DNA of 64,000 bases from NCBI RefSeq assembly GCF_009914755.1, contig NC_060940.1. One strand, given 5' to 3'. Of the stretch, positions 10,811-23,866 are shown piece after piece. The stretch comes from the human T2T-CHM13v2.0 reference genome, Homo sapiens. Made by a program: the position numbers and the translations under genes. Below the pieces are notes generated by a model that saw nothing but the letters and a program-made list of their open reading frames with translations, did not search any database and was not told where the DNA came from. Numbering within the stretch: position 1 is the first letter of the stretch; every line of letters begins with the position of its first letter.

Positions 10811-13589
10811 ATCCACCGTCTGAATGTGCTTCTTTTAAAAATATGGAAGATGTGCAGATTGTACAGACAGACAAATATAGCTTTTAAGAGTATAAAGTTC
10901 TGGCCTAAAATTACATTTAATCATTGTTACCTTTTAGACTTTGTAGGAAATAACAGTACAGAAGTGTGGCTTTCAAATTAGCATTTGAAAGTGTCTGTGA
11001 GGTAGGTGAGGGTTTTCACAAACTTTTTTTATTTTTCCTGAGCCTTGAACCGCATGCCAAAAACCATGGGGTTTTCAGCCTAAAATTGTATGACATTTAT
11101 TTGCAATAAAAAAATTAGGTTGATCAGTTATTATTCAAAGTCATTGGTTAGACTTTGAATACAAATTTTCCACCCACCCACCCCAAATTTATTTTTTTAT
11201 AAAGGGCAGGTAAATTTTGAGCTCCACTCCTCGTCTTGACCTATCATTGGTGCTGAGGCCCAAGAAGAAATGCAAAATACGATGGAAGAGTCATTCACCT
11301 CATTATAGGACAACATCAGTGGTGCTTCCTTAGCCTCTTAATTCATTTCTTCTAGTCTTTCTTGTCACATCCACTTGCTTTATAGCTTACTAACTTGCAA
11401 GTTATAGTTGTAATTTATGGTCAAAATTGAGTGGTAGCAAATCAAAGAATATTTCCATTGATTACCCTAAATTGTCTAATCTCCTGTATGTTTTTAGAAC
11501 TTGATTGGGTGGTATTTACTGATTGCCTTCATCTGATTTAAAAATCAATCAATAGCAACAATGAGTGCTGGGGGATAAATTGAGTCTAATGCAGCCTAAC
11601 CGCGGCAAATATCCATCAGCCAGCTACGCACAATCACATCTGCGGGCAGTTTTAATACATAAACCAAAACGGCCTGGAGCTGGGCGTCCTGGGCAGATGC
11701 TCTGAAAATTTCTGCTGGCGTCTCATGCCTCTTGCGTTGTCTATTTAGGGTGATTGCCCTCTGTTAAAATGAACATATTTCACTACAATAAAGCTGTAGC
11801 AAGGGAGATAAAAACGAGATCTGATTGCATTTCAAGGCTTGCTAGTCCATCTTGTTCTCCCACACCCTCTGAGGATATTACTGGGAATTAACATAACTCC
11901 AGCCTTTTCTTGTTAACTGCACTATCCCAGAGAGAAACACTCATGTGCTCGTGCGTTAATTCATCCCTTCGACACTCATGCACATCTGTTTTTATTTTCT
12001 TCCAGTGTTTTCTGAGCATTTTCTATGGGACAGTCACGGTGCAGGGCATTTTGATCTGTTACAGCATTTAGTACTTACACAAAACCATGGGAGGGGGTGA
12101 GTTCCGTAGTATAGATGAGCAACTGAGGCTCCAGTGAATTCAGCAGCTGGCCCAAGATCGTGTGGTCAGGTAAGTGAGAAAGCTGGGTCTTTGGGCTATA
12201 CACCTAACCATGTCCTAAATGCAGGACATCCTGGAGAATGAAAAGGGGACCAAGTCCAAGTCCTCTGAGGAACTTAAATCTAGTTGGTAGCCAAGCCTGT
12301 ACATAATTCACAATAGGACAAAGTGGGATGAAATTGTGCTGCAATTGTCATGTGAGTCACCAGTCATGGGGCAATAAGGAGGCAGAAAGAGTAAATTGTA
12401 ACTCAGGGACTGAAGAGTTGGAAATATCATATTATGGTTTTTTGGACTGTCTAGAGATGGCTGGGCCCTAGTTAAAAAAAAAAATCAGGCTGTCCAGCAA
12501 GGGCAGATGAAGCATAATTTTTCCATGTGTTTATCTGTGTTGATGTGCAAAGTGGCTGAGCCCCCTTTGACCCCTAGGCCTGGGAATTTGTTCTGGTTCC
12601 CCCGCCACACTCATCCACCCCTGGGGAAACCTGGGAGGTCTGTGTGCTCGACCTGTTCTTTATAATAGTGAACACCTTTAACCACGGGACTCTGGAGGGA
12701 AGCCCTCTGATGTTACAATAAACTTTAGAGGGGTTTTGAAGACAGGAATTAGGAAGACTCTCACCTACCCATTCTTTAATTGAGAAATGCCACTTGACCT
12801 CACTGGAAGTCTTTATATATAAGTACAAGCAAATACATCAAAATGCTCAATTTTACCCTAAGTAAAAGCTTACCCATACTTGGAGAGAATTCCAGGTAAT
12901 GCTCATCTGCCTCGGAATCAGAGTCAAACTAATTTCCCAAGAAAATGACAAGTCCTTGAGAACTAGGGCAGCACTGGGCAGAATGTGCATGGGATTAGAC
13001 CTGCCGCCTCCACGAGAGCCACTTCCCAGGCCTACAAAGCTGCTCCAGCCAGCTGGTGAACATCAGCTTATCAGGCCCAAGAGAATGGCTTCATATGCAT
13101 TAACATTAGATACCAAATGGGACAGCCCCACAAGCCAGGAGCTGTTCTGTGTTGTAGTTCAAAGAGGATCAGTGACTTTGCAAGTGAAAAACCTGACCTA
13201 ACTTAAGGAATGATTCATGGATCTTGGAATTGGTAGAAACTTCCACAGGCGTCCACCCTATTCCATTAGATTGTTAGAGATCTCAGAACATCACATCACC
13301 TTTTCTTCTTCAAAAATATGGTTAGACCCTTATCACAGGGCTGTAAACCTCAGCAGGGCCATGGTTCCCACCTTGTTCCTTGAGACACTCAATATGTCTT
13401 TTTGAATGAGTTATTGAACATTTTCCCACCACCAGGCTCTGTTTTATAGACACATTGATGATTGGCCACGCTTTTCCTGGTACCCTCAGTGGCAGGGATT
13501 GGATACTTGGAATTCACTCTTTCCTTTATACTTCCCTGGTACTGTCTGCTTCTTTCCCTGTTAAGTCCCCTTGGCTGAGACTGCTGGTT

Positions 13590-14620
13590 GTCTGCAATAT
13601 ATCTTCTCTCTCTTCTTCTGTAGTAAGAAAAACCTTACATTTTAGCTGGGCATAGAATAAAGTGTACATTTACCAGCCTCCCTTGCAGGTAATTGTGGCC
13701 AGGTGAGTAAATTTAGTTTATAAGACAGAGGTGAAATTTTGCAGCTTTCTCTGAGTCTTCTTTTAAAATGAGTTGGCATGCCACATAAAAACATGGACGT
13801 GTTTACAGCAGCTTCATTCATAATTATTGGAAACTAGAAACAACTAAGATGTTCTTGTGATGAGAATGACACTTTATCTCTGTTGTCTCCCTCCCCAAAT
13901 CTGTAACTCCACTCTAATCATGAGAAAAACAGCAGAAATTTCCAGTTGAGGGACATTTTGCAAAATACCTGATCACTGCTCCTCAAAACTGTCAAGGTCA
14001 TCAAAAACATGGGAAGTCTGCGAAATGGTCACAGCCAAGAGGAGACTAAGAAGACATGATAACTAATCGTAAAATTGTGTCTTGAATGAGATCCTGGCAC
14101 AGAAAAAAGAACATTAGGTAAAAACTAAGGATATTTAACAAAGTATGGAGTTTAGTTAATAATAGTGTATCAATCCTGGTTTATTAATTTTGAGAAATGT
14201 ACCATATGAACATAAGATGTTAATAGTAGGGGGAATTGGACTGTGGATGCTATGAGAACTCTCTGTACTATCTTCACAACTTTTCTATAAATAAAAATTT
14301 CATAATTAAAAAAAAAAGAGTTGGCCTGTACTCTGTCCCAATATCTCTTGTCTATTTCTTTGTGTTACTTCCTGGAACATTGGATCTGTTGGCCGCCATC
14401 TTGGAACATACAGACAATGCAGCCCCCACGACCCCAATGATGGTGGAGCAGTGATTGGGAAGGAAACTGGGTCCCTGGGGACTTTGTGCTGCTGAGCAGC
14501 CACACCAGGCCCGGACGGCTGACTTCCCGGCTTTTATGTAAAAGAGAGATAAAGTATGACCTTGTTGAAGTCTTGTTATTTTAGGTCTCTGTTTCTCACA
14601 GCCAAATCCAATCCTCATGG
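13590..14620 (+). mobile_element. LTR33-like ERVL LTR split in two by an L1 insertion
   Basis: 5' half ttttagctgggca...ccagcctcccttgcagg; 3' half gccgccatcttgg...gagagataaagt...gtctctgtttctcacagcc. Confidence 0.6.
13781..14317 (+). mobile_element. L1MC/L1MD-class LINE-1 3' end with retained TSD
   Basis: aaaactgtcaaggtcatcaaaaac...gaactctctgtactatct, A-tail; flanks AAAATGAGTTGGCATG / AAAAAGAGTTGGCCTG. Confidence 0.8.
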
Positions 14621-15224
14621 ACACTGTCCTTTGCTTGTTTTTCTTTTGGACACAGGTCCCTTGGGTGGAGACACAGACTCTTCTGTGGGGATGGGGGGCT
14701 CAGGGCCTAGCCCACTTGACACTCTCCACTCAAGAGGCTATCGAGGCCCTTCTGCATGATGCACAGCGTGGAGACCACCACTCTGTGCCATTGGTGTTAT
14801 GACTGTTTGGTTTTATGGGAGTCAATGGACCACAGTGCCTTAGAGAATCTGAGAGGTGATGTGTCGTCACCTGGGGAAATTGAGGCCTCAAGAGAGGAAT
14901 AGACCCAGCATTTTAGAACTGGAACTAGAAGCCCATTGCCATGCCTCCTGACATCATCATCTGTCCACTGCACCAGTAGTTTCTGGATTGGTTCCAGAGA
15001 GCCCTAAGGGCTCCAGAGACACAAAATGGTGGAAAGGGAGCATGACCGGGGGTGGGTGGCCAGTTGGGCAAAGCCCAGGTTCTCAGCCTTCATATAAGGC
15101 AGAGCAGCTGACTTTGTCTATGTCATCTATGTCATATATTATACTTCTGCTAGGGTCTGATGATAAAAGTAAAAATAATATGTAAGTAACAATGTGTCAA
15201 ACTCACTGCAGTTGTTATGTTGAT

Positions 15225-15480
15225 GCTCAATGTTTATTGAGCATCTACTATGCCTGTAGAGATTGTGGAAACATCACTGTCACGCTGCCAAAAAGTCATA
15301 CTAATAATACTTCTACCTGCATTATTTCATCAAATTCTCATCATGAATATGCAAGGTAGGTGTTAGTAGCCTTATTTTAAACATGGAGAAACTGAAGTTC
15401 CAAGAGGTGAAGTAACTCACCAGCTGCAACACTCAGATTTGCTTGATCCAAAGACTGTCCTAACCACTAAACCACACTGC
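15225..15480 (-). mobile_element. MIR SINE carrying a non-MIR insert at about 15255-15321
   Basis: tttattgagcatctactatg...ttttaaacatggagaaactgaagttccaagaggtgaagtaact. Confidence 0.7.
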
Positions 15481-16019
15481 CCTCTCTGTTGTGAGAAGTT
15501 AGGAGACCTGGGACCCTACCAATAGCTGGCTTGCCATGTAGCCCCATGCAGGATCCTTGCCTTCAGTGCCCTTCAGAGTCTATTACCACCTGTTACCAAA
15601 GGGGGTGGCATCTGATGGTCCCTCCATCAATCAGTGACCAGAGGCCCAAGAAGTCAGCTTGCAAGGAGCTTGGAGCCTTCCCTGCTGTCACCTCCTCTTC
15701 TTTTCTGCCCCAGCCACAGTCCCAGCCACCAGCACCTCTGGGTGGCACCCACCCTTCTGTCTTCCTCACAGAAGCCTGACAGAAAGGGTCACCTTCTTGC
15801 TCTGCTATAGAGTCACCATCAAGTGTGAACACTTCCAGGTTGGCGGAGGGCTGTCCATGACCAGCACATCCATCTATCTGCCATCAAGAGGCATACCCAT
15901 CACTTACATGCACTCACCCCCAAGATGTTGGGGTGGGCGTCATTTTTAAAAAATTGCAATAAGGCCATTACCATCATTAGGCCCACCTGAGAGAGCCTCT
16001 CTTGATGATGGAAGAGGTT

Positions 16020-16700
16020 TCAACTCTCCAGCCTCCTCCGCGGCGGGTCATTAGTTAAAAGGGGAGGGTGTGTGGGGGTGCGGGGAGGGGCGCTGGGGTG
16101 GCAGGCCAGGTCTGGACCACAGGGCTCCCTTTGGAGAAAGGAGCTGGAGACAAATGATTCGAGTCTGAATTCCATATACACCGGAGATTGCTTATCGATC
16201 CACATCAGAATATGCGGGCTGGCCCCGAGGACCGGCTGAGTATTTTCCCAGGGAGTTAATAACGTGGCGGCCGAGCTGTCTTGTCCAATTCACTGAAGCC
16301 AGGCCTCTAATCAGGACCGAGTTTCTTATTTTGAGAATTCTTGCCACTTGTGAGTGCTGCCTCCCTTCCACTCTGCTGGCCCCTGTCAGTGATTGAAATG
16401 ACAGCCCGTGGATGGGGAGGCTAATCAAATTGTTTATTATCGACCTAAATCAATATGTATAGATTGTCGAAACATCACTGTCACACTGCCAAAAAGTCAT
16501 ACTAATAATTCCCTGCCTGCAGATGTAATCCAGCAGCGATTTCTCCGACTTGAATTACATCTGAATTTAGAGGAGTGAAAACAATTATAATGGGAAGTGG
16601 GATGAGGGGGGTGCGGACGGAACCCTGTGCTAGGCAGCGTGTTTACACAACTCAGTAGAACTGCATTAGGTATTAATGATGAAATGTCACTTTGGCCTGC
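16020..16700. promoter_or_regulatory. Candidate conserved enhancer
   Basis: Repeat-free; 10 CpGs in 16141-16320; MEIS/PBX, EBF-like, E-box and TAAT motifs. Function is inferred. Confidence 0.55.
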
Positions 16701-16826
16701 TTAAATATGAGTCCTCAGCTGGGAAGAGAGTCAAAGAAAACCTGCAAGAGGAAAGCAAGAGAGAAAGATCTAAGGGAAGTGCTCTCCAAGGGCCAAGGGC
16801 TGTGCTCTGCAGGGAAGGGTGGAGGG

Positions 16827-16935
16827 TGTGGGCTATCAAGACACAGTGATATATATTGCATAGTTGTGGGCTATATGTGGGCTATCAAGACACAGTGATA
16901 TATATTGCATAGTTGTGGGCTATATGTGGGCTATC
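16827..16935. repeat. 49-bp perfect tandem duplication (2.2 copies)
   Basis: TGTGGGCTATCAAGACACAGTGATATATATTGCATAGTTGTGGGCTATA at 16827 and 16876, partial at 16925. Confidence 0.95.
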
Positions 16936-17167
16936 TACTGGGGAGACACAGCCATGCAGGCAACAGCAGCTGCATGAACACACTCTCCTTTTCCTTCTGG
17001 ATTCAGTAAACTGGCATGGCTTTACTTCTTCCCAGAGGGGAGTTTGAGCAGGGAGACAGGGAGAATTCAAGGGACTAAACACCAGGCTAATTGAGCACCT
17101 TGAATGTGTGTGCTCTTTAGAACCAGGCCACTGCTAGCCAATGCGAAGTGAGTCTTGTTAAGAATTG

Positions 17168-17486
<319 letters not shown>

Positions 17487-17689
17487 GAATGTGGAAAGGT
17501 GCCTCTCCAGGTGGATGCATTAGAAGGTATCCTCTCTGGGCTGGTATAAGCACACAGATGCAAGGCCTGACCCTATGAGCTTTGTGGGGGTTGCAGTCTC
17601 CTCACCTGGAGGAGAGCACTACACAAATGGAGCACTGCCTCTAGGAGCCTGTCCACGCTGGTCCACAGGGCTTTCCCTGCATGAGCTCC

Positions 17690-17860
17690 TTTAATTCTCA
17701 TCATGATCCCATGAGGTCGATGGTGTTATTTTCCTTGATTTCTAGATAGGGAAACTGAGGCACCACAAAGTTAGGTAATTTGTCCACAGTCATCACTACC
17801 AAGTGGCAAAGCTGGGATTTGAACTCTGGGAATTCGCTGCCAGATCCTGTTCTCTTAACC
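17690..17860 (-). mobile_element. MIR SINE
   Basis: gatagggaaactgaggcaccacaaagttaggtaatttgtcc. Confidence 0.7.
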
Positions 17861-19749
17861 AGGACAGTCTGGGTCAGGGCTGGCTGTGGGGAAATTTGTT
17901 CAGCAGGCAATATGGAGGGTCTACCCTGGTTGGCCTTTGCCCTTGATGGCATGGTCTCCCCTTCTCTGCCTTCCTCAGCCTGCTCCCCATCTGGGAGGGT
18001 GCTGAGACGCTCACTAGACATTTAGCTATGGCTTCAGGCCAATTGTTATTAAGCATCCAATTTTCCTCTGTAAGATGGGAGGAATTGTCCCAAAGGCTGC
18101 CTCCCAGGCCTGTCAGGAGAGTTGAAGGAGATGAGATGAAACGCCATGCTTTGCAATCCCCAGAAACCACAGGACAGAAGGAGGCTCTTATGAGCATTGT
18201 GGGACCCTCCAAGGGAAAGTGAGTTCCTTCACTTGGAGGTAGGGAGAGGGCCAGTTCCAGGGCGATGGCCTCACCCACGGCCACACATGGCCCCTGCAGG
18301 CCCTGCTGCCTTGTTGATCTGTTAGAGGTTGGGATGCTCCCCAGAGCTGCCAGTGCCCATACCTGTGTGAGGTGGATGCTCATAAACTCTCCAGTCACTC
18401 TTTCAGAGTGTGCCACTTGTTTCCCACGGGAACTCATCCTCACTGGCACATGTAGCATGTCCCTTGTGCTCCAATTCCATGGTACCCAGGAATTGGTACC
18501 CAGGTATTCCAGGTAACCACGGCTGTGAGGTGTCACAGCACAGAGAATGTCCCAGGGCCAAATATGGCTGGTATATTCCACCCCCACCATTTTCCTTGAA
18601 TCTGGGCCTGGTGTCCACATTCCATCTTTGCCCTGGGAGCCACTTCCAGTGCAGGCATTAGGTGGAGGCATTGGAATACATTAGGAAAGGTACCTTCATT
18701 TGTAGGTGGGATTGTAGAAGGGGCCTGATTAGGGAAAGCTCAGCCCCTGTGCTCCTTCCTCACTGTGAGTTGCAGGAATAACATCCTCCTGCTTCCTGTC
18801 TTGGCTGCCGCTTACAACTGGAAGGCTGGAGCAGACAAGCCAGGAACCCCAGTCTGAAGTTCACTGGCACATTCTGTGCATAGGCTGAGCTGTGCCACAT
18901 AAAACTTATCGTGGGCTGTCCCCTGCATGGGCAGAGTTTGCACTCAACAGCAGAAAGAAACACAGGCAGATTTTCAGAATTCTTTTGGTACCCTGACAAA
19001 CCTCGGCCATGACTTCTTAAGACTTCAAGTCTTAAGAAGTGACCTGCTTCTGGTTTTCCCATGCCTGGCTTGAACAGATGCTATTTGCCCAGATGCCATT
19101 TGTGTGTTTGTTTTTTTTACTGAAACATGGAAAATCACCTCTAGGCTGCCTCGCACTCCACTTCATGTGGTCCAAAGTAGCCGAAGGGCAATTTCAGACC
19201 CCAGAAAGCCCGAGTTCACTTTGCAATTTCCCAGCCTTTCAGGTTCAAGTGGGTTCTAAACTTGGCAAATGCATTTCCCCTGTCCCTAGAGGGAAAAAAT
19301 AAAAACCACCAGCAAAAATACATTACACTGGGCATTATATTTCTGTGACGGAAATAACTCATTTTCATGACACACTATAATAATAGCAAATTATGGTACA
19401 CAATGAATCCATTCTCATTAAAGTCTGTATGGAGAAAAGCAAAGAATACAAAATGTATACAATTGTTTAAAGGAAAAATGCCATGTAATATAAAAGATAT
19501 TCTAATCGCTATTTCTAATTACAAAGAAGAGAAAATCACTAAAAAATTTTTACAGCATCTAATTACCAAAAAAAAAAAAAGCCAGAACCACAAAATAACT
19601 CTCTATAAAATTAATAATGAAGGAGGACTTCAAATGACTGTAGTTTCTCAAAATTGCTCTTCCTCCAATTGAGAAATGTACAGGGAATAGTTGGCAGAAC
19701 TGTGTGTGACATTGGCTTTCAAGCGGTTCTTTGTGTGAGATTAGTTGTG

Positions 19750-20090
19750 ATTACCTCTGTGTGCCAGGTGCCCGGCTAGGAGTCTGCATGCAAAGGACCT
19801 CGTTTCATCCTCAGGCAACCCTACTTGTTAGGCTTGGCTATCCTCCTTTATCCTTGGGTAAACTGAGGATCAGAGAGATTTAGTAACTTACCCAACGTAT
19901 TGGCTATCCCTACATTGTGGTCGGCCCACCACAATGCATGATATGCCTATTGTCCTATGATGATCATTACAAAGGCATCTTTTTTGTCAGGTGGGACAAT
20001 ACATTCTATGGTCACCCAACCATAGTCACTCAGCCAAGAGGGCTGGAAGTCAGGACTTGAATCTGGGACCTTGGCTTTAAAGGTCTAGAA
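19750..20090 (-). mobile_element. MIR interrupted by a MER94-like hAT MITE (about 19900-20019)
   Basis: aactgaggatcagagagatttagtaacttaccc; insert ends gggacaatacattctatggtcaccc. Confidence 0.55.
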
Positions 20091-20239
20091 CTTTTGTACT
20101 AGAGATGACTCCCTCTGAACCACATGACAATGCAGGAATACCACCTAATCCTCCTTGAGCAAGTCTTTCTATGTGACACCATCAGCTGAAGGAAGATACC
20201 TGAAATGTCCCCTTGAAGCTTTCATAACCAACCCCCAAG

Positions 20240-20580
20240 CTGCAGGATGTGCAGTGGAGCAGAAGGGACAAGGCCAGGAGCAGGAAGCTGGCAAGGAGGC
20301 CACTATAATCAGGTGGACACAAGATGGTCATGTGGACAAAACGAAGGCTGCTGGGAAGAGGACAGTGGAGATAGAGAGCTGTGGATCGATTGGGTTGCAT
20401 GTAACCAGCAGAAGTCTCATGACTTGGTGACACTTTGGAGGGTGGTATTGTCCCCAGAATTTCTGCTTGGTTATCTGGGTGAGTGGTGGGACCACGAACA
20501 GAGATGTGGAAACAGGAGGAGGAGCAGGCCTGGGTATGGAAAGCAAAGGGTTGAGATCTGGACATGTTGAGTTTGACAAT
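20240..20580 (-). mobile_element. L2 fragment (antisense)
   Basis: ggaaacaggaggaggagcagg...ggacatgttgagtttga. Confidence 0.6.
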
Positions 20581-20599
20581 GCAACTCTCCACGCGGCGG

Positions 20600-21960
20600 T
20601 CACTTGGATGGCAGCTGAAACTTGTGCCCAGGCAGACTCTGGAATCACTGCTGTCCACCCCACCACGAACCTGCTCCAGCCCCTTTGGTCACTAGCTCAG
20701 TAAATGGCCACACAATTCTACCTGGATGCTCAAGTCAAAATGCAAAGTGTCATCCTAACAGCTATTTCTTGCCTTCACACATGACCCCTGCTCCATCAGC
20801 AAATTATTTCAGCTCCTCCTTCACAATGCATGCAGGATCCAGCCACCTCCCATCTCCTCTACTGCTCCCTCCTGCTCCAAGCCATGGCTGTGGAGCACCT
20901 GGTTCCTGCAACAGCCTCCAAGTGGGCTGCTGGTCCCATCTCAGCCTTCTAGAGTCTATTCTGCATGCAGCAGGTGAAATGATATTTTTACAACATAAAT
21001 CAGATTATGTCATGACACTGTTCACAACCCTTCCCTGGTTTCTCATATCACCCAGTTTTGTGGGTTTAAATTGTGGTCCCCCAAAAGCTATGCTGAAGTC
21101 CTAACCCCCAATACCACAGAATATAATGTAGGGTCATTGTAAATGTAATTAGTTAAGATGAGGTCATACTGGAGTAGGGTGGACGCTTAATCCCATGATG
21201 AGTGTCTTAGAAGACTCGGACACACAGAGAGAACACCATGTGATGACAGAGGCAGAAATTGGAGTGAGGCAGCTGCAAGCCTGGGATTCACAGTCACCAC
21301 CAGGAAGAGGCAAGGAAGAAGTTTACCTAGTGCTCCACAGGGAGCATGACCTAGTGACACCTTGACACAGGACTTCCAGTCTCCAGAAGTGGGAGAGAAC
21401 AAATTTCTATTGTTTTAAACCATCAGTTTGTGACGCTTGCTACAGAAACCCTAGGACATTAATATGCCTAGAATAAAATCCAAAGTCCCCTGGCTCCTAA
21501 GACTTCTTGTGAAATGGCCTCTGCCCACCCATCTGCCAGGAGCTCCTCCCGCCACTGCCTCCCTCCCTCTTTCCAGCTGTACAGCTCCTAGACAGAGCCT
21601 GATCCTGCCTGGGGCTTCTGTGCTCCTGCATGGGATGGTTGCCTCCACCTCTCTTCAGGGCCCATACTCCCTTACCTCCTCCAAGTCTCTGATCTAATGG
21701 CAGCCCCAGCCAGAGGCCTCTAGCAGCCGCCATGTCTAAAGCTGCCTAGGACAGCTGCCAGTTCTACCAGCCTTTTGATGAACTTTTCTCTTTCTCATAG
21801 CAATGATTATTTTCATAGTCATTATCATTACCTGAAATTATAGTTTTAAAGTCTTAATAGAAATGTATCACCCCCATTAGAATGTAAGCTCTTGAAGAGC
21901 GTGGTTTTTGCCTGCCAGGACCTGGCATACACGGGTGGCTATCCACCAGATAGTGTGGAC
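20600..21960 (+). mobile_element. L2 LINE (sense), split by an MLT1 LTR
   Basis: ctcagtaaatggc...cataaatcagattatgtca...agaataaaatccaaagtcc...tagaatgtaagctcttgaag. Confidence 0.7.
21055..21466 (+). mobile_element. MLT1B/C MaLR LTR
   Basis: gttaagatgaggtcatactggagtagggtgg, acagaggcagaaattggagtga, aaatttctattgttttaa. Confidence 0.8.
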
Positions 21961-21964
21961 TGTG

Positions 21965-22200
21965 CGTGTTGTCTCATTTAATCTTCACAACATCTCTGTG
22001 ATGAAAGCAATTAAAACTATCAGTTACAGTGGTTTTATTCCATGTCAGGTGGTGTTCTAAGTGTGTTCATTTAATCCTCACAGCAACCCTATTAATGTCC
22101 TCATTTTATAGATGAGAAAGCTGGAGCACAGAGAACTTGAGAAACTCACCCAAGATCACACAGCTACTAGTACGTGGTCAAGTCAGAGTTTGCGTGGAGC
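21965..22200 (-). mobile_element. MIR SINE(s)
   Basis: catttaatcctcacagcaacccta...cattttatagatgagaaa. Confidence 0.7.
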
Positions 22201-23435
22201 CAGCTAGGATACAACATGCCCTTCACTTCGACCTGATCCCGACTCTGGGAACATCAGGAACTCGGCTCATGATGTCACAGCAGCACTAAGCTACTAAGAC
22301 TACCACGTCTCAACCCCCAAAACAAAATAAACAAAACAAAACGAAAAAGCACCCACAGCATTTTCTCTTCCTCTTTTTATTTCCATCTGCATTTGTCCTG
22401 CTGGAGATCTCCCTAGAAAGAGTCTCACAAAGGACTGGAATTTTCTAAAGGAATTCTGACAGCAGAGGTGGGCACTGGGGAATGGAGTCCAATAGCCTCA
22501 GCCCCGGGTATGGCTTTATGGCCACACGGTGACAGAATTGTCCTGACCTGTTCTCTTCCATCCTCTATCACTATTTCCTTCCCCTGCCTTTTATCCACAT
22601 CTCCACTCACATCCTGGGCTGATGGGACTGGAGCTTGCCTCAGCTGAGACCTGTCTGCTACCAGTAGGAAAGCAGAGACCAAGGGACCACGCATCTTATA
22701 GCTAATGTGTATGTGTAATGTAGTTGAGTATTGTTATGTATCTTATTCCTGCTGAAGAACTGTTATGAAAAGGATAATTATCATACAATGAAACAAAGCT
22801 ACCTGGTAGCTCAATTTGGCCCTTTAATACAGTTGCTTTGTTTTGCACAGCCTTCCTGTGTCTTCCCAGATTGTAAACACCCTGAAAGCAGAGGAGGGGG
22901 CTTTCATTTCTACATGATCCACCAAACTCCATGTTAAGAGCAAATGCATTTCCCCTCCAATGTGGTAACCTGGAAACCGGCTCATTGCTTACAGCTTGAA
23001 AATCAGCTCCTCTGGAAAAGCCCTACTCACTTGTCTCAAAGACCTTTGGGTGTCTTTGAAGCCCACTCTCTCACCCCATCCACTGCTCCCTCCAAACCTT
23101 CCCACTCCGTGTGCTGACCTGACCTCTCCTCATCAACATGGGTGTTTCTGCAAGATGATACTGCCCATTGCTCACTGCTTGGTGACAAAATATTGTTTTA
23201 CAGTGATAAGCATCTCGTAAGACAATATTTGGAAAGTTATTATCTCAATGTCTCTGGTTGAGGACATGGAATGATATCACCCAAAACCAGATCTGCTCTG
23301 TTTGCAGCCAGCAACTGGGGCAGCTGGGGACAAGATATATGAGGTATCAGGGGGCTTGATCTTCCAGTGATTCACTATGGATTGGTGCCCACATGCCTGA
23401 TAAGGTCTTTTCAGAACCTAAAGGGGAAACTGTGA

Positions 23436-23866
<431 letters not shown>

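Noticed and set aside
17874-18671. 265-aa minus-strand ORF, the longest in the track
   Set aside because: No recognisable domain or exon structure; consistent with a chance ORF in GC-moderate DNA
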